Source: Raillietiella orientalis (Eukaryota). From it: 64,000 nt of DNA. The position numbers and the translations under genes are program-made. Below, piece by piece: positions 25,301-37,300 of this stretch (position 1 is the stretch's first letter; each line of letters begins with the position of its first letter). The stretch lies in contig JAYWIR010000026.1 in the NCBI GenBank assembly GCA_036172245.1, forward strand, positions 1,860,001 to 1,924,000. The letters are read 5' to 3'. The notes beneath the pieces are model-generated. The model worked only from the letters and a program-made list of their open reading frames with translations, was not told where the DNA came from and searched no databases.

Positions 25301-28300
25301 GTGGGCATTCTGCCCGAGGAGCAACTTGGCATTCCTGACCAGGAATCCGATCCAATTCCAGTTATTAATCCGCTCAGCCTTTCCGCATCTTCAAAGGACC
25401 ACGCGAGCGAGGGGCGCGGGAGTGAAAATTCCTTGCGGGATTCCCGCGCTGAATCAGGATTTCGGGAGCTTTGTTTTGGGAATTATCAAAGAGACGAGGG
25501 AGAGGGTGAGTCGTTCACTGCGGGGACGCTCAGATATCCGTGGAGAGTCGCCTGCTTCTCTCCGGGCGCTCCGGGAGGGACGGGGAGCATCCCGTGCGCG
25601 CGCCGCACGGCGAGCGGCAGCGGGTGGAAAGGTAGCGGCGAGGGAGCGCGCTCTGTGCCCTGGCAGCTGCCCTCGCGCTCGCAGCAGACGGCGCCCGCGG
25701 TCCCCGGACCCGAGAGCGCCCGTCGCCAAGCAGCAGCAGCTTTTCTTCCGCTCGCGAGGGTCCCGCGCGTCAGCAGCCGCGCTTTCCGAGAACAGCTCGG
25801 CCGCTGACTGCTTCCCGTGCTCAGACGGCCTGCGAGGTCCCTGAGGTGACGATCTCGGGCAGGGCCATCGGGGAAAGGCGAAGATCCCTCCGAGCCGCGC
25901 TGCGAGGAGACGTCCCTCCATTTCATTTCCGAAGGGAGGGAGTAGGGAGAAGGGGAAGCACGTCGACCTCTCGACAAAATGTCGGAACGGCCGTCCTTGG
26001 CAGGCCTCTTCTTCGTCGCGTTCCGAGAAGACGGAAAATCCTAAGGTCGAAACCGGGCGGACGAGGCCAGCGGGTAGAGTCGATGCGGCAAGATGCGGAG
26101 CTCCGTGAGAGAAGGGGGAAGGAGAAGGGAGAGGGAGAAAGAGCAAAGAGAAGGAGGGCCGTCCATCCACCACCGCCGGGTTCAGCACCACCGCAGCGTG
26201 CAAAACACGCACTTTGCCCGGATTCCAAGCTCCCCCCTCCCCATGCACAGGCGCGCGGTGGTGCAGGAAGAAATGACCGACAGGCGCGCCACTTCTCGTC
26301 TTCTGCCCCTCCGACCCTCTTCGCCCCCTCCCGTTTCTCCTCCTGAAGCCGCTACTGCTGCGCCGCAAAGTCCAGCGGTCCCTGTAGGAACCGCGTTAAG
26401 TCCCCGGCGGCGACAAGATTCGCCGCAGGTTCGCACTTGCAGGTCACCGCCGCCTTCGGCGAACGCAGTCGTCGTCGACTTTCTTTTTCCGCTCGCGGTT
26501 GTTCTCCGCGTGAGGGTCCTCGCGAGAGAGCGCTTCCGAGCGGATATAGCCTGGCCTTCCGTTCGTCCGTCGGAGTCGGGGACCTCGTCGCCTCGAGGCC
26601 GAAAACTCGCGGGGTGGTCGGTCGCTCGTGCACACCTTCCGCCGTGGCACCTCTCGGCGCGTCCCTCGCACGCGCGTCGCCCGGATGGGTCCCTAGGACG
26701 CCGTGCCTGGCGACGAAGGAAAGAAGCGGAAAAACTCCGTGGGAGGAGGTGGACGGACATTCGCCCTGCGGTCTCCTCAGGCCCGGACCTGGGTCTGCGA
26801 CCCAGGTCGGGAGGAAGAAGTGAGCTCAAAGAGAGCGGATGCCCCCTCAACCGGAAGCCTCCATCAACAGGAGATAAGAATTCCCTGACGGTCCGAAGCC
26901 GGACGGATCGTCACGGACGAGGGTCGGAAGCTTGCGTGGTCCGCGGGTGCCAGAAGTCAGTAGAGAGACTCCTCTGGTCCTCGCGTTCGGACCTCGGGCG
27001 GGAAAGTCTTCGCCAGCAAGGTGCTGGAAACGCAAGGAAGCCTCCCACAAACGGATGCTGCGCGTTCCTCTCCGAGGAAATCCCAGGGGTAAAGATGGAT
27101 TCCTTGTTGGCCGGGATACACCGCAACCACGGCGCGCAGACCGGAAGCGTTCCCGGGGCTGAGGTTCTGTACGTACGTACACCACGCGGGTGTACGTGTA
27201 CGTGCCAACGCCTCGGTCCTCCACCAGGTGGGAGCCGAGAGCACCTGTGAGAGCTTCCTGCGAGAGTGCTTCCGATTCCGACTGGAAGCTCCCGGACCCT
27301 TCACCAGTCTTCCCCGTCCCCCATCACCGTCCGTTCCAAGGAGCGGGCGAGGAGACTACGAGTCGTCGGTCCAGCGGCGAGAGGCGGACCGGACGCCAGC
27401 GGTCACTGATCAGCTACGGAGAAGCCGCTCGGTGGCTGCTGACGTTCTCCGCGATCTTTCGGGGGGTACCTTCATCGATCGCAGCATCTCTCCCCTCCCC
27501 TCCTGCAGGGAGCTGCATGGCACCGTGGTCGCGACCTCTTGAAGGCCGTCGCCGACCCGGAACTTTGGGTTCTTGCGTGCCTCCCCCCCCCCTTCCCCTC
27601 CCTTTCGTTGTCCAAATGGCGCCGGCGCCCGTCACGCGGGAGAACTCCACCCCGCAGTCTCAACATGAGGAGGGAGGGGTCACCCCTCTCGCTCACACTT
27701 CCCACTGCCCGGGAACGCGCCCGCCGCCTGCTACGCTGACCATCTCAGCGAGGTGCTGCGTGATCCTCAGCGCCCCTACTGCCTAGCTCGCTCGTCCGCG
27801 ATCCAGGGATACCACAGTCTCTCTTCCGGTTCCGAACACGTCTTGCACTTGGCTCGGGAGTAGCCCCAGGACGGGTCGATGCTGGAGAGCAGCAGGGAAG
27901 AGAGAAGTCGTCGTTTCATGTTCCCTTCCCTTCCACGGCTGAGTGAAGTTCCACTCTTCCTCCGCTGGCGGCGCTGCTGCCGCCTCACCTGCGTGATGCG
28001 CGAATGGCGGAGCCGAGGACGGCGTCTCTAGGCCGGAGCCTCGAGGAACCGTTCGAGGTTCGTTTCCGGGAAGGCAGGGGGGAAACCCTTCCTGTCTCGT
28101 ACTATATATCCTCTTCGAGGAGACGCGAGTTGGTATGAATGGGAAAGGGGGGAGACGCGGGAACGTCGCGGAAGCGGCCGGTGCGGAAAGCCCATCTCGA
28201 GAACTTCTTCAAGAAGCTGTCGATGGTCTTCCCGTGCCGCTCCCGCCCCGCAGTAGTCCGCTGTTCCCCCAGATGAGAAAGCAGCGAGCAACCCCTTATC

Positions 28301-31300
28301 TCCTCCTCCTCCCCCCTCACGGAGACCCTGGCTGCCACGAGGAGAGACCGTGGGAGGGCGGAGGTCATCTGAGGAAGCCGAAGGGTTGAGGCGAGGCTGA
28401 CTCACGGAGTCACCTTAGCGGAAGTGATGCGGGCGAAGATCCAGTTCGCTTCACGGTTCCCGGCTGTCTGACGGGACCTCTTCGAGTTATACGGGGTGCC
28501 CCGGGAGGGACCACCCTATGAATCCAGGAAGGACTCCGGAAGAAGGAGTCTGTTCCTCTTACGGGCTTGGTAGGGAACCCCGAAGGGAACCGTCGTCCCC
28601 ATTCTCTCCGGAGGGACGGTTTGTGGAGGCCGCTCCTCGTCGTTTCTCCTCCGAAGGGAGTCCAGAAAGGATCCGTTCCCGAATTTCTTCTGCGGAGAGA
28701 ACCCGCAAGGAAACTCCTCCTTGTTTCCTCCTCTGAAGAGAACCCCGAAGAGACGTTCCCGATTTTCTCTGAGGAGTCGCTTCCGAAGGGAGCGGCGCGC
28801 TTATTACACTCTGGAGAGACCCTGAGGAGGATATCAATCAGCTCCATGGTACCGCTCTTTTCACAACCGGAGGGAACCCCAAAGGGTTCCTTAATTCCTG
28901 GAAGGACCCCGGAGGGTCGAATTCCAATTCCGGAGGCCAGTCAAGGGGGACACCTGTGATTTTCCGACTTCCCAACAGTGCCGCCCCGCGGAAGGTAGCG
29001 CCAGGTGGCAGGGAAACGTTCGCACGTGGGCTAGGATCCAGGAGCAAAGCACGGAACAGGTGCGACGTTCCCTGTACGCGCGTAACAACAACTGCGCGCT
29101 ACGGGAGATCCTGGAAGATCCCGTGAATAGTGCACGGGTAGGCAGACCCTCCCTCGCCGCCGCACTGCCCCCCTTAGGGAGCACATGGGCAGCAACCTCG
29201 CGGAAAAATGGGAGCTTACTGTGGAAATTTCCGGAAGGAGAAAAGGAGTGGGCGAGGGGACGAAGGGACAGCCCATCGACGTCTTGCGACCCCGATCGCT
29301 CGACCTCATGGACTTTTACACTGGGGAGTGCCACTGGGTATTCCGGAGGAAGTCCTTCAGTGTCCTTCGGTGCTCATGAATACCCGCACCCATCCCCCTC
29401 CTTAAAGTGGCAGGAGTCGGCATTGATGCTGCTGCACTGGGACCTCCCGTGCAACGTCCGCCGGCATCATTGGACACGGAGGGGAGGGGGCGACCCGAAC
29501 TGTGCAAAGTGTGGGGAGCGGGAAGCCCTCCCGCACCTGCTCGTGGATTGTGTTGCCCTCCGACTCCTGTGGGAACTCTTTGCCACGTCCCTGCGGAACC
29601 CCGAGGGCAATCCCAGAGGCGTTTTAAAGCGCCTCTTCCTGCGCGACGCCCTCACGCCGGGCCCATCCCTCCCTAGCAGCACTGTGCTGCCCACGCAGCG
29701 GGATCGTGGCTGCATGCAGCAACTCCAGAGAAGGCCAGAACGACAGGGACGCCGTCTATTTTGCTGAGGACAGCGTCAAGATGGCCCAATCTGGGAACCA
29801 TAAAACAGGAACTTGCCGGCATCCTTACAAGGATGCAGAGTACACCCGCCAGCACGCAGTGATTCCTTCCCAGACACCCCCTCCCCCATTTTTTGATTGT
29901 ATGCTTTTTTTTTTCTTTTTTTTTTTCTCCCTTTCCCTTGTGCTGCCGAGGCAAACCCTGCTGGCCTGCGTGCCAGATCCCGGGAGGTTCCTTCTCGAAG
30001 CTATAAGTAACGTGGCAGGATCAAACGTCCTGCCACAGACGTTTCTTTTTTATAAATAAACGCCCCGGAGTGACCGGATGTCAACCAGTTTCGCCGCACC
30101 CGAAGCCCGTGGGACAACCATCGTCATCCTGCGGAGAGGAATCGAAACCCACGCGTTCTCGGCGTCGACCGGGCGGGATTCGAACCTGCGACTTGTGATG
30201 CCACGCGCGGAGGCCTCAGCCAACGCCGGGCTTCGAGGCCGCTTTCCCGCCGCCGCCGAAGCGGTCGGCACCCGCCCGAGGCAGGAAGCAGGCGCGTATC
30301 GGAGTGCAGTGGCTCGCATTCCCTAGCAGGCCGCAGGGCAGGGAAAGGCGTCGAGGGGTTTCAGAGACGACCCTTGGGCACCTCCTCCACCTCGCACGGG
30401 AATCTCGCGGTCCTGAGCAGAGAGACGCAATCATTTTGCCGACAGGAAACCCCTCCGAACGCTGACCCCTCCTTCTTGGATTTGGATTTCCAGCCGAGGG
30501 ATTCCAGCATCTCCGATGACTCTTTTCCCCCTTTTTTTCTACGCAGAGACTTCCGCTGGCAAGGCGACGGAGCGCGAGTGGGTGGGACTCCCATCAGGCG
30601 TTCTGGTGGTCCGGCGAGCCAACCAGGGGAGGAACGGACAGAGTCGATCGGGGAAGAGGATCGAAGTTACCCTGGAAAAATGGTGCGCTGCCTCCCTTCC
30701 TCCCCTCCGCCACAGGAACTCGCTTGCTTCCGCCGAGGAGACGAAACCGAATCCTGGAGGGAACCGGGAAGCGAACTGGATCTTCGCCCGCGCCTCCTCC
30801 GCTGAGGTGACAGCGGAAGGCTGAGTGGAACGGGGGCATCGCGCGGCAGAAGCAGGCCATCCACGGGTCTTCCCACGCACCCTGTGCGCAAGCGCAAGAG
30901 TGCGCGCTTTCCGAATGTGCGCGCGTGCGCTCAGACCGGTGCCGGAACGTGCGCTGAGGCGCTCTCGCGCGCCTTGGAGGCGTTTTGCGAACGGTTGGAG
31001 ACGGCGGCGGCAGAGCGCCGGACGGCGTGGTCGCAGGGCCAGCGACCCGCCCGCGGGTGGGAACCCGGCAGCGGCACCAGGGGGCGCTATCGCGAGAGAA
31101 TGCTGCCGGGAACGTCACGGGGAGCGGGAGGGAGGTAGCGACGGCGCCCTTCGAGCGGGGACCGACGCCCATCGCTCCGACCGCTCCGGACTCTGGGCGG
31201 GCTGAGCGCTGACCCTGGGGTGGTGCCGGACGACAGGATGCAGCGGCGAGTGCGACGGGCTGCAGCGCCTGCCGCGAGCAGTTCGGTAGGGAAGAGACGC

Positions 31301-34300
31301 CAGGCGGTCACGCGCGAAGGAAGGCAACCCGGCGAGCCGCAGCGACTGGAGTAGACGCGCACGATGGGAACAAACGAAACCTCCGGTGACCCCGCTGGGA
31401 GTCCGGCACACCGACTTTTGTACGGAACGTCCGTAGGCGCAGCGGCGCACGGCGATCCTCTCGCGCGCGTGACCGTAGGAAAGGCGAGGAGGCTGACCTT
31501 TCGCAAGGCAACCCCACGGTCGCAGGGAAGGAGGGACCAGAGGCACCCCGACTCGGGAATTTTCATCGGAAGCACCCCACGCACGCTCCTCACCAAGAAG
31601 GGTGACGCGCCCTACGGGGAGGGCGAACCCGCGACCTGCATGTAGGCATGCTCCGAAGAGCAGACGCGGCTGGCCGGGACCGAAGAGCGTAGGGGGATAG
31701 GGCCCCCTGTGGGGGGAGTGGAAAGAAAGGAGCTGGCTCGCGACACCACCTCCGCCCTACTCGTCGGCGAGCGTTCCGAACGTTCCTCAAAGCCGATCGA
31801 TTCGCAAGTCCTGCAAGAGAGCGCGCGGCCAGTCCGCGCACAGCGAAAAGCGGCGGCAGCACCATCTCGCGGGGAGAAGGGCGAATCACTCCTCCCTCCG
31901 CTCCGAGCGCTTTGGAGGCTCCGCGATCCCGAAGACACGCAAGGACGCCCTCGCTCCGCCTCGTGAAAGTACAGGAGGCGAGTGGGAGGGAGCTGTGAGT
32001 CACCCCGCAGGCAAAAGACGAGGTCACTGCGCTCCCAAAGCCGACGAGGATCGCGACACCAGTACCGCGCTTGCGAGAGTCCCGCCCGCACCCCTTCCTG
32101 CCTCTGGGCCACTAGCCTCCGGGAGCACGGTCTTTGGCGTCCTCCTCGGCGCCGACGCTCGACCTCGGCCTCCCGAGAATCCCACGGGGACGACCCTTCT
32201 ATCGTCTCCTCTCCAGATAGGTCCTCGGCAATGGACAGGGAGGCGGCGAGAAGGGGGGGCTCGGCCGCGGAGATGGCCGGCCGGTCTTCCCTTTTCCGAT
32301 CTGCCGACCTCGCGTCCGAAAGTCCAGTCGCCTCCGAAAACTCCCTCTCCTTCACTCCCGCTTCCCGGATCCTTTCCCTTCCGCTCGGGTTCCCCGAGTC
32401 AGCTTGCTTCTTGTTCAACAGCGACATCTGTTCTCCTGGGTGATTTGCGGGAGACCAGCCGAGGAGGGAGCGTCGGGGAGGCGGAAGGAGGCTGCCCGCC
32501 CTGGGAGAGGGGGAGCAGCCTCGGGCGGGCGCTTTTCCGTCGACCAAGTGTGGATCGGCCTTTCGGCAGTGATTTGAAGGGAGGAGGGGAGGCGGTGGCA
32601 GCTCCACCCACTCCCCCTTCCGACGCGGATCTGTGATGGACTCTCTCCTCCGGCCCCGTGACCCCGTGCAGCAAGAGTCGCCCGCGACCATTCCCCTTCC
32701 TGACGGCCGGGCTGCCGCCCCCGCGCTGCCACACAGTGGGTCCGTCAGACGCGAGGAATCTGCCCCCGTTTCCGGTCCATTTGACAGGCGGCGTCGAGGA
32801 AGCGGACGGTCGGTTTTTATGGCCCGTGAAGGTCCCGCGCGCGCTGAAGCCGTCCGTCCCGGTGCTTCCGGACCGGCAGTCGATTCTTCTTCGGCTTTCG
32901 GCGCTCCCTGCGATGGAAACCTCTAAAGGGCTGGAAGGTCGTAAAGGCTGTTTCTCTCCCTTGCCCCTGCCCCTTCCTCCCGCAGCGCTTCCCCCTCTCC
33001 ACCCTCCTTGCAGCCATGCAAGAGGGGGGTTGTTGAATCTGGCCGGCCTCCCTCCACGCGGAGGTCTCGCATGCGCCCGTTCTCTCGGCGAAGGACAGCC
33101 GCGTCCGGGAAGCGACTCTCGACGGCAGCAGCTGCACTTCCCTTCGCCCGGATGCGGGGCAGCGCTGCTCTGCGTCCCTTTCCCGACTTCGGAAGGGGGG
33201 GGGGTCACGCCTGAAGGAAGTCTAAGCCTCGCCACGCCTTTGGGAGAAACCGGGATTATCTGTTGAGTCCGAGGCGGCGGCGGCCGCCCGCCTGTCGCAT
33301 TCCTCTCTCTCCTCCCGTCTCTCGTCTCCCTCGCCCGCTACCCTGCTCACCGGAACCGCTCTCACGAGGGCACGGAGGCGCGTCGACCGGAGGAGGCCGG
33401 TGGGAGCGCGCGCTGCCTGCGGTCACCGCTGTCCGCCCCAATGTGACCGCGCGGTGCTACGACGCACCCGAGAGCGGATGCCGCTCGAACCGGACGGACA
33501 TCTGCGGAGTTGGAGTTGGAGGCGGGCAAAGCGTGCGAGTGTCCCCTGAGGGCGGACCTGGCCACTTGGAGGTCCCGAGGGCTGTTTGCTGAGGACGGTG
33601 GAAGACGGGCTGTTCCTTCACGTTGAGGGAGAGGGAGGAGGGTGGGAGAACATTGAGAAGGAACGAGTCCCTACTCCTCGCGGGAAGAGAAGCCCTCAGG
33701 ACACCACTCGCCGCGACTTCAGTCGCGGGGCGTCTTCGATGCAGTGTCCCGAAGAGTTTCCTTTCGCAGGCGCGCGCAGCGCGGCGTGACCAGGAGAGCT
33801 GCTACCGTGCGAGCGCCACCTTCCACGCGGTTCTTCCCCTGAGGGGTCGAATCGGACTCCCTCCTGGAGGAATCCTGCAGAACCAGCTCCTATGACGCCA
33901 TGGGATTGCCTCGCGGAAAGTCCCTCCACCCTTCTCGGCATCCTGAGGATTCCTGACCCCCCCCCCCCTCCCCAGGGTTCGCCGTCCAGATTGATGTGCG
34001 GCACACTACCTAAAGAACTTCTCATCTACGGAAACTCGGTGACCGCAACGGCCGCATCTTCTCTTCAACCGGGGTCGGACGTCTTTCGCGTCGCGAGCGC
34101 GGGTCGTTTCCAAGTGCTCAGGAAGCCGACAAGACCCCTGCCAACCAAAGTGCCCTCCCGGGGGAAATCCCGCCTCGTGAACCAAGGAAAGGAGCTTAAG
34201 CTTTCCCCGAAAGGAGGAATCTCTCCTGGCTCGCGAGCTCTTCGAGGAACAGCGGCTGGAAAGTGCGACGAAGGGTCGCGTAGGAAAGTGTGGCGCAAGC

Positions 34301-37300
34301 GAACTTCCCTGCCAGGACGGTGCCGAGGCGGCACGGTGCTGCGGCCGTAGGTCTCCTCTGATTGGCCTCCCCGACGCACGCGAAGTCATCTGCGCTGGAA
34401 CCGGGCGGCCGAGGTTCGACCCATCCCAGCGGAAGGAGGGAGGGGGGCGACCCATCCATCCTCGGCGAGCGAGGTGCCCCACGATCGCTTGCGTTCGACG
34501 TCCGGCGGCGCGTGGCCGTGGAGCGCAGCGGCGCGAGCGTTCGAGACGGGTCCGCCGCGTCTGCGCGCGGTCGTGCGAGAACGCGCGCGCGCGCGCGCCC
34601 ACTGCTCGCTCGCACGTGGCGGCCGACGCGCGGAAGGAGCGCGCGTTCGCTGAACTCCGTTTCGCAACCGCCGTGTCGCGTCTTCTCCCGGAGGAACATT
34701 CGTCCGGAAGGTCAGCCGACCGGATGTTTTCGCGCGCCCGAGTCCGCGCCCCGCAGTCCTCTCTTGCGGGGCACGGGGCTTCCCCTTTCAACAAGAGCAA
34801 CAGAGTTCGCCACGACTGAGGAAGCTGCCCGTGCAGTCGGCCAAGCAGCCGAGTCGCCAGTCACGCGGGCGCGCCCCAGGTGGGACTGGCCGTGAAAAGC
34901 GCGGGCGCAGTTTCGGACCTGCTGTGTTCCCGTTGGTGCCGTGCCGGAATGACGTCACTAAACGGCCGTGCCGAAGCCGAAGCAGGAAGCGGCAAATGGA
35001 AACGAAGAGGAGCGCCCCCCTCCCGAGGTGCGGCACGGACTGGCACCAGCCACAAGGATGCGCGATCAGCGCAAGCAGTCATAGGAGGGGGGTGAAAAGC
35101 GAGTGGCCGAGGGCCACACCCGCGGGCGAGTTAACGTCGTCTTCTAAGAGGGCGGACGTCCTTCGGAACTCGAAGGCGGCCCTTGGGCGAGTGGACCTAA
35201 GATGTCGGACCGTGGTCCTTTACCGAGATCAGCAGGGCCAGTAGCCAGAGGCCTGCAGGTTATCCTCTCCGAATCCGCATTCCTCTTCAGCGCTGTCTCT
35301 CGGGCCTGCAGACTTCCCCCCACCCCGCCCACCCGCCAAGAAGGACGCAGCAGTTACCAGCTCCACGTGCTCGGCGAGGGGCGTGTTCGCTTTCCACCAG
35401 GTGATCCTAGCCGGAGGGCGTGAACCGGTCACTCGGCAGGTGAAGGAGTACCGTCGTCCCGCGGAGAGGGTGCTGCGGGGCTGCAGGATTTCTATCCCGA
35501 GTGGTGCAACTGGAAGCAGAGATCACAGCGTTTAGCTTGGAAGGAGGATCCGCCAGGCACGCGCGCGTACTCCGTGTCCCATCCCAGGTGGATCAGAATG
35601 GCCACGGGACAGGCACCCGGAAGCAGGAGGGGGGGGGAAGGATGTCGGCCAGGCGAGGGGCGATCTGCTTCGCCTCTGCCCCGGACCGTCGAGCGAGCCG
35701 CCACGCCTCTGCTGACGAGCACCCGCCTCCCGCCCACGAGCCCTGTCGGAAGGCCTGCGGGACTTCCGTTCGTCCGTCACCCTTCCCGGTTGCCGCGTCC
35801 CGTGAGTCCCCTTTCTCCCGTGCCTGCAGCGCCAGCTGGATAGTGGTGAGGACAACGGCACCTCGGTCAGCCCGTTTCCGCCCCCGTGGGGCTTTCAGTG
35901 GCCCCGCCCTGAAATCGTGAAAGCGTGGCTCCCGAAAACGCGGCAGCTGCAGTCTTCCCGTGGTAGCCGACCAGCGCAACGGGAACGAACGGGACTCCGC
36001 AAGATCCGGGGAAAACTGCTGTGCCCGCAGCCATCGATCCCGTCGCTCGCACGCGGCTTGGAGAGAGTCCCTGGATGGTTCCCCAGGGAAGATTCGGGAA
36101 CCGGGAGCGCCGCCGCCACCCCGCATGAACAACGTCCCACGATTCGCTAGCGGAACGAAAACGAAAGAAAGAAAAGGGGAAGCTACGCGATAAAAGGATC
36201 GCGAAACAACGAGGGAATCCGGCACGGACGCGACGCCGACTAGAGGGGGAGAGCGCGCCCTTCCCCCGCTGCAGGAACACGAGATTGCTCCCGGACGGAC
36301 TTCCCGGAAGCGCCTCCGACCGGCGCTTCCGGGAAGTCCGTCCGGGAACAGGCAAGCGGTGGCTCCTAGAGCTCCAGAGACACAGGGAAACGAAGCTGCC
36401 GCCTGTCTCGTCCTCCTGGAGGACTTCTTTCCTCCCTGGACACTTCCGAGTGATGGGCGGGCGAGGAGGAGAAGGGACTCTCGTCCCTCGGGCATGCTGG
36501 GAGATGCCGATCTCAGCCGTCTCCCGCAGGAGGGAAGGGAGAAGAAGATGGACTCCTGGTGCTTTCCCAAAGGACCGAGACGTAAGATATGAGAGGAAGG
36601 ACAGGAGGAAGGGGAGAATTCGGGAAAGAATGGAAGGACAGAGGCGATGCCTGAGTGCGCGATCCCCTACTTTCCGTCTATCTCCATCTTCTCCCTCGTC
36701 CTCAGCACCGTCCACGCCGGGACTTCTGGGAGGCCGAGACTGTAACGGGATTTCCCGGAGTAAGCGAGGGAGAGCTTCCTGGCTCTGCCTGGGCGTGGGG
36801 ATTCTCGCACAACACCACGTTCCTCCCGAAGCCTGGAGCCGCCTTCCTTGCTTGCCACGTAATGGGGCCAGGGGAAGAGACGGACTGGGGTCCCGGGAAG
36901 AGCGGAGGGACTTGCGCGCTCATCACCTGGATGACCTCCTCCCGCTCTGGGAAATCGGGAACCGAATTGTCCAACGGGAACGGGAAGTGGAGAAAAAAAA
37001 AGAGGAGGTAGCGATGAAGAGTGTCCGTTGCCTCGCGCGTCTCCTAGGCGGCAGGCCAAGCGTAGGTTCCGGCGGTGAAGGAGAAACAGAAAGAAAAGAT
37101 AGCACCCACCCCTTTGGTGCGGAGCTCGGGGGAGGGAAGAGAGCGTCTCCCGGGGCCTGCAGCCCGTCAGAAGTGTGAACCGAGGCAGTCGAAGAGGGGA
37201 AGGGGGGGGGGGGGGACCGTGGTTGACCGCGAGAGGGCGTTGCGAGCCCGAGAACCCGTTGCCTAGGCGGAGACCGGAAGGTTGTCCCGCCGCCGCCGCC

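Noticed and set aside
25109..25450. Nested plus-strand ORF LLTTLMNAANSVHQAISGEISLRDPLAASGMYQEINELMIALK
   Set aside because: No homology recognised and no supporting exon structure; more simply explained as an AT-richer regulatory patch.
27400..27412. Ecdysone-response-element-like CGGTCACTGATCA
   Set aside because: Several mismatches to the IR1 consensus; expected by chance in 64 kb.
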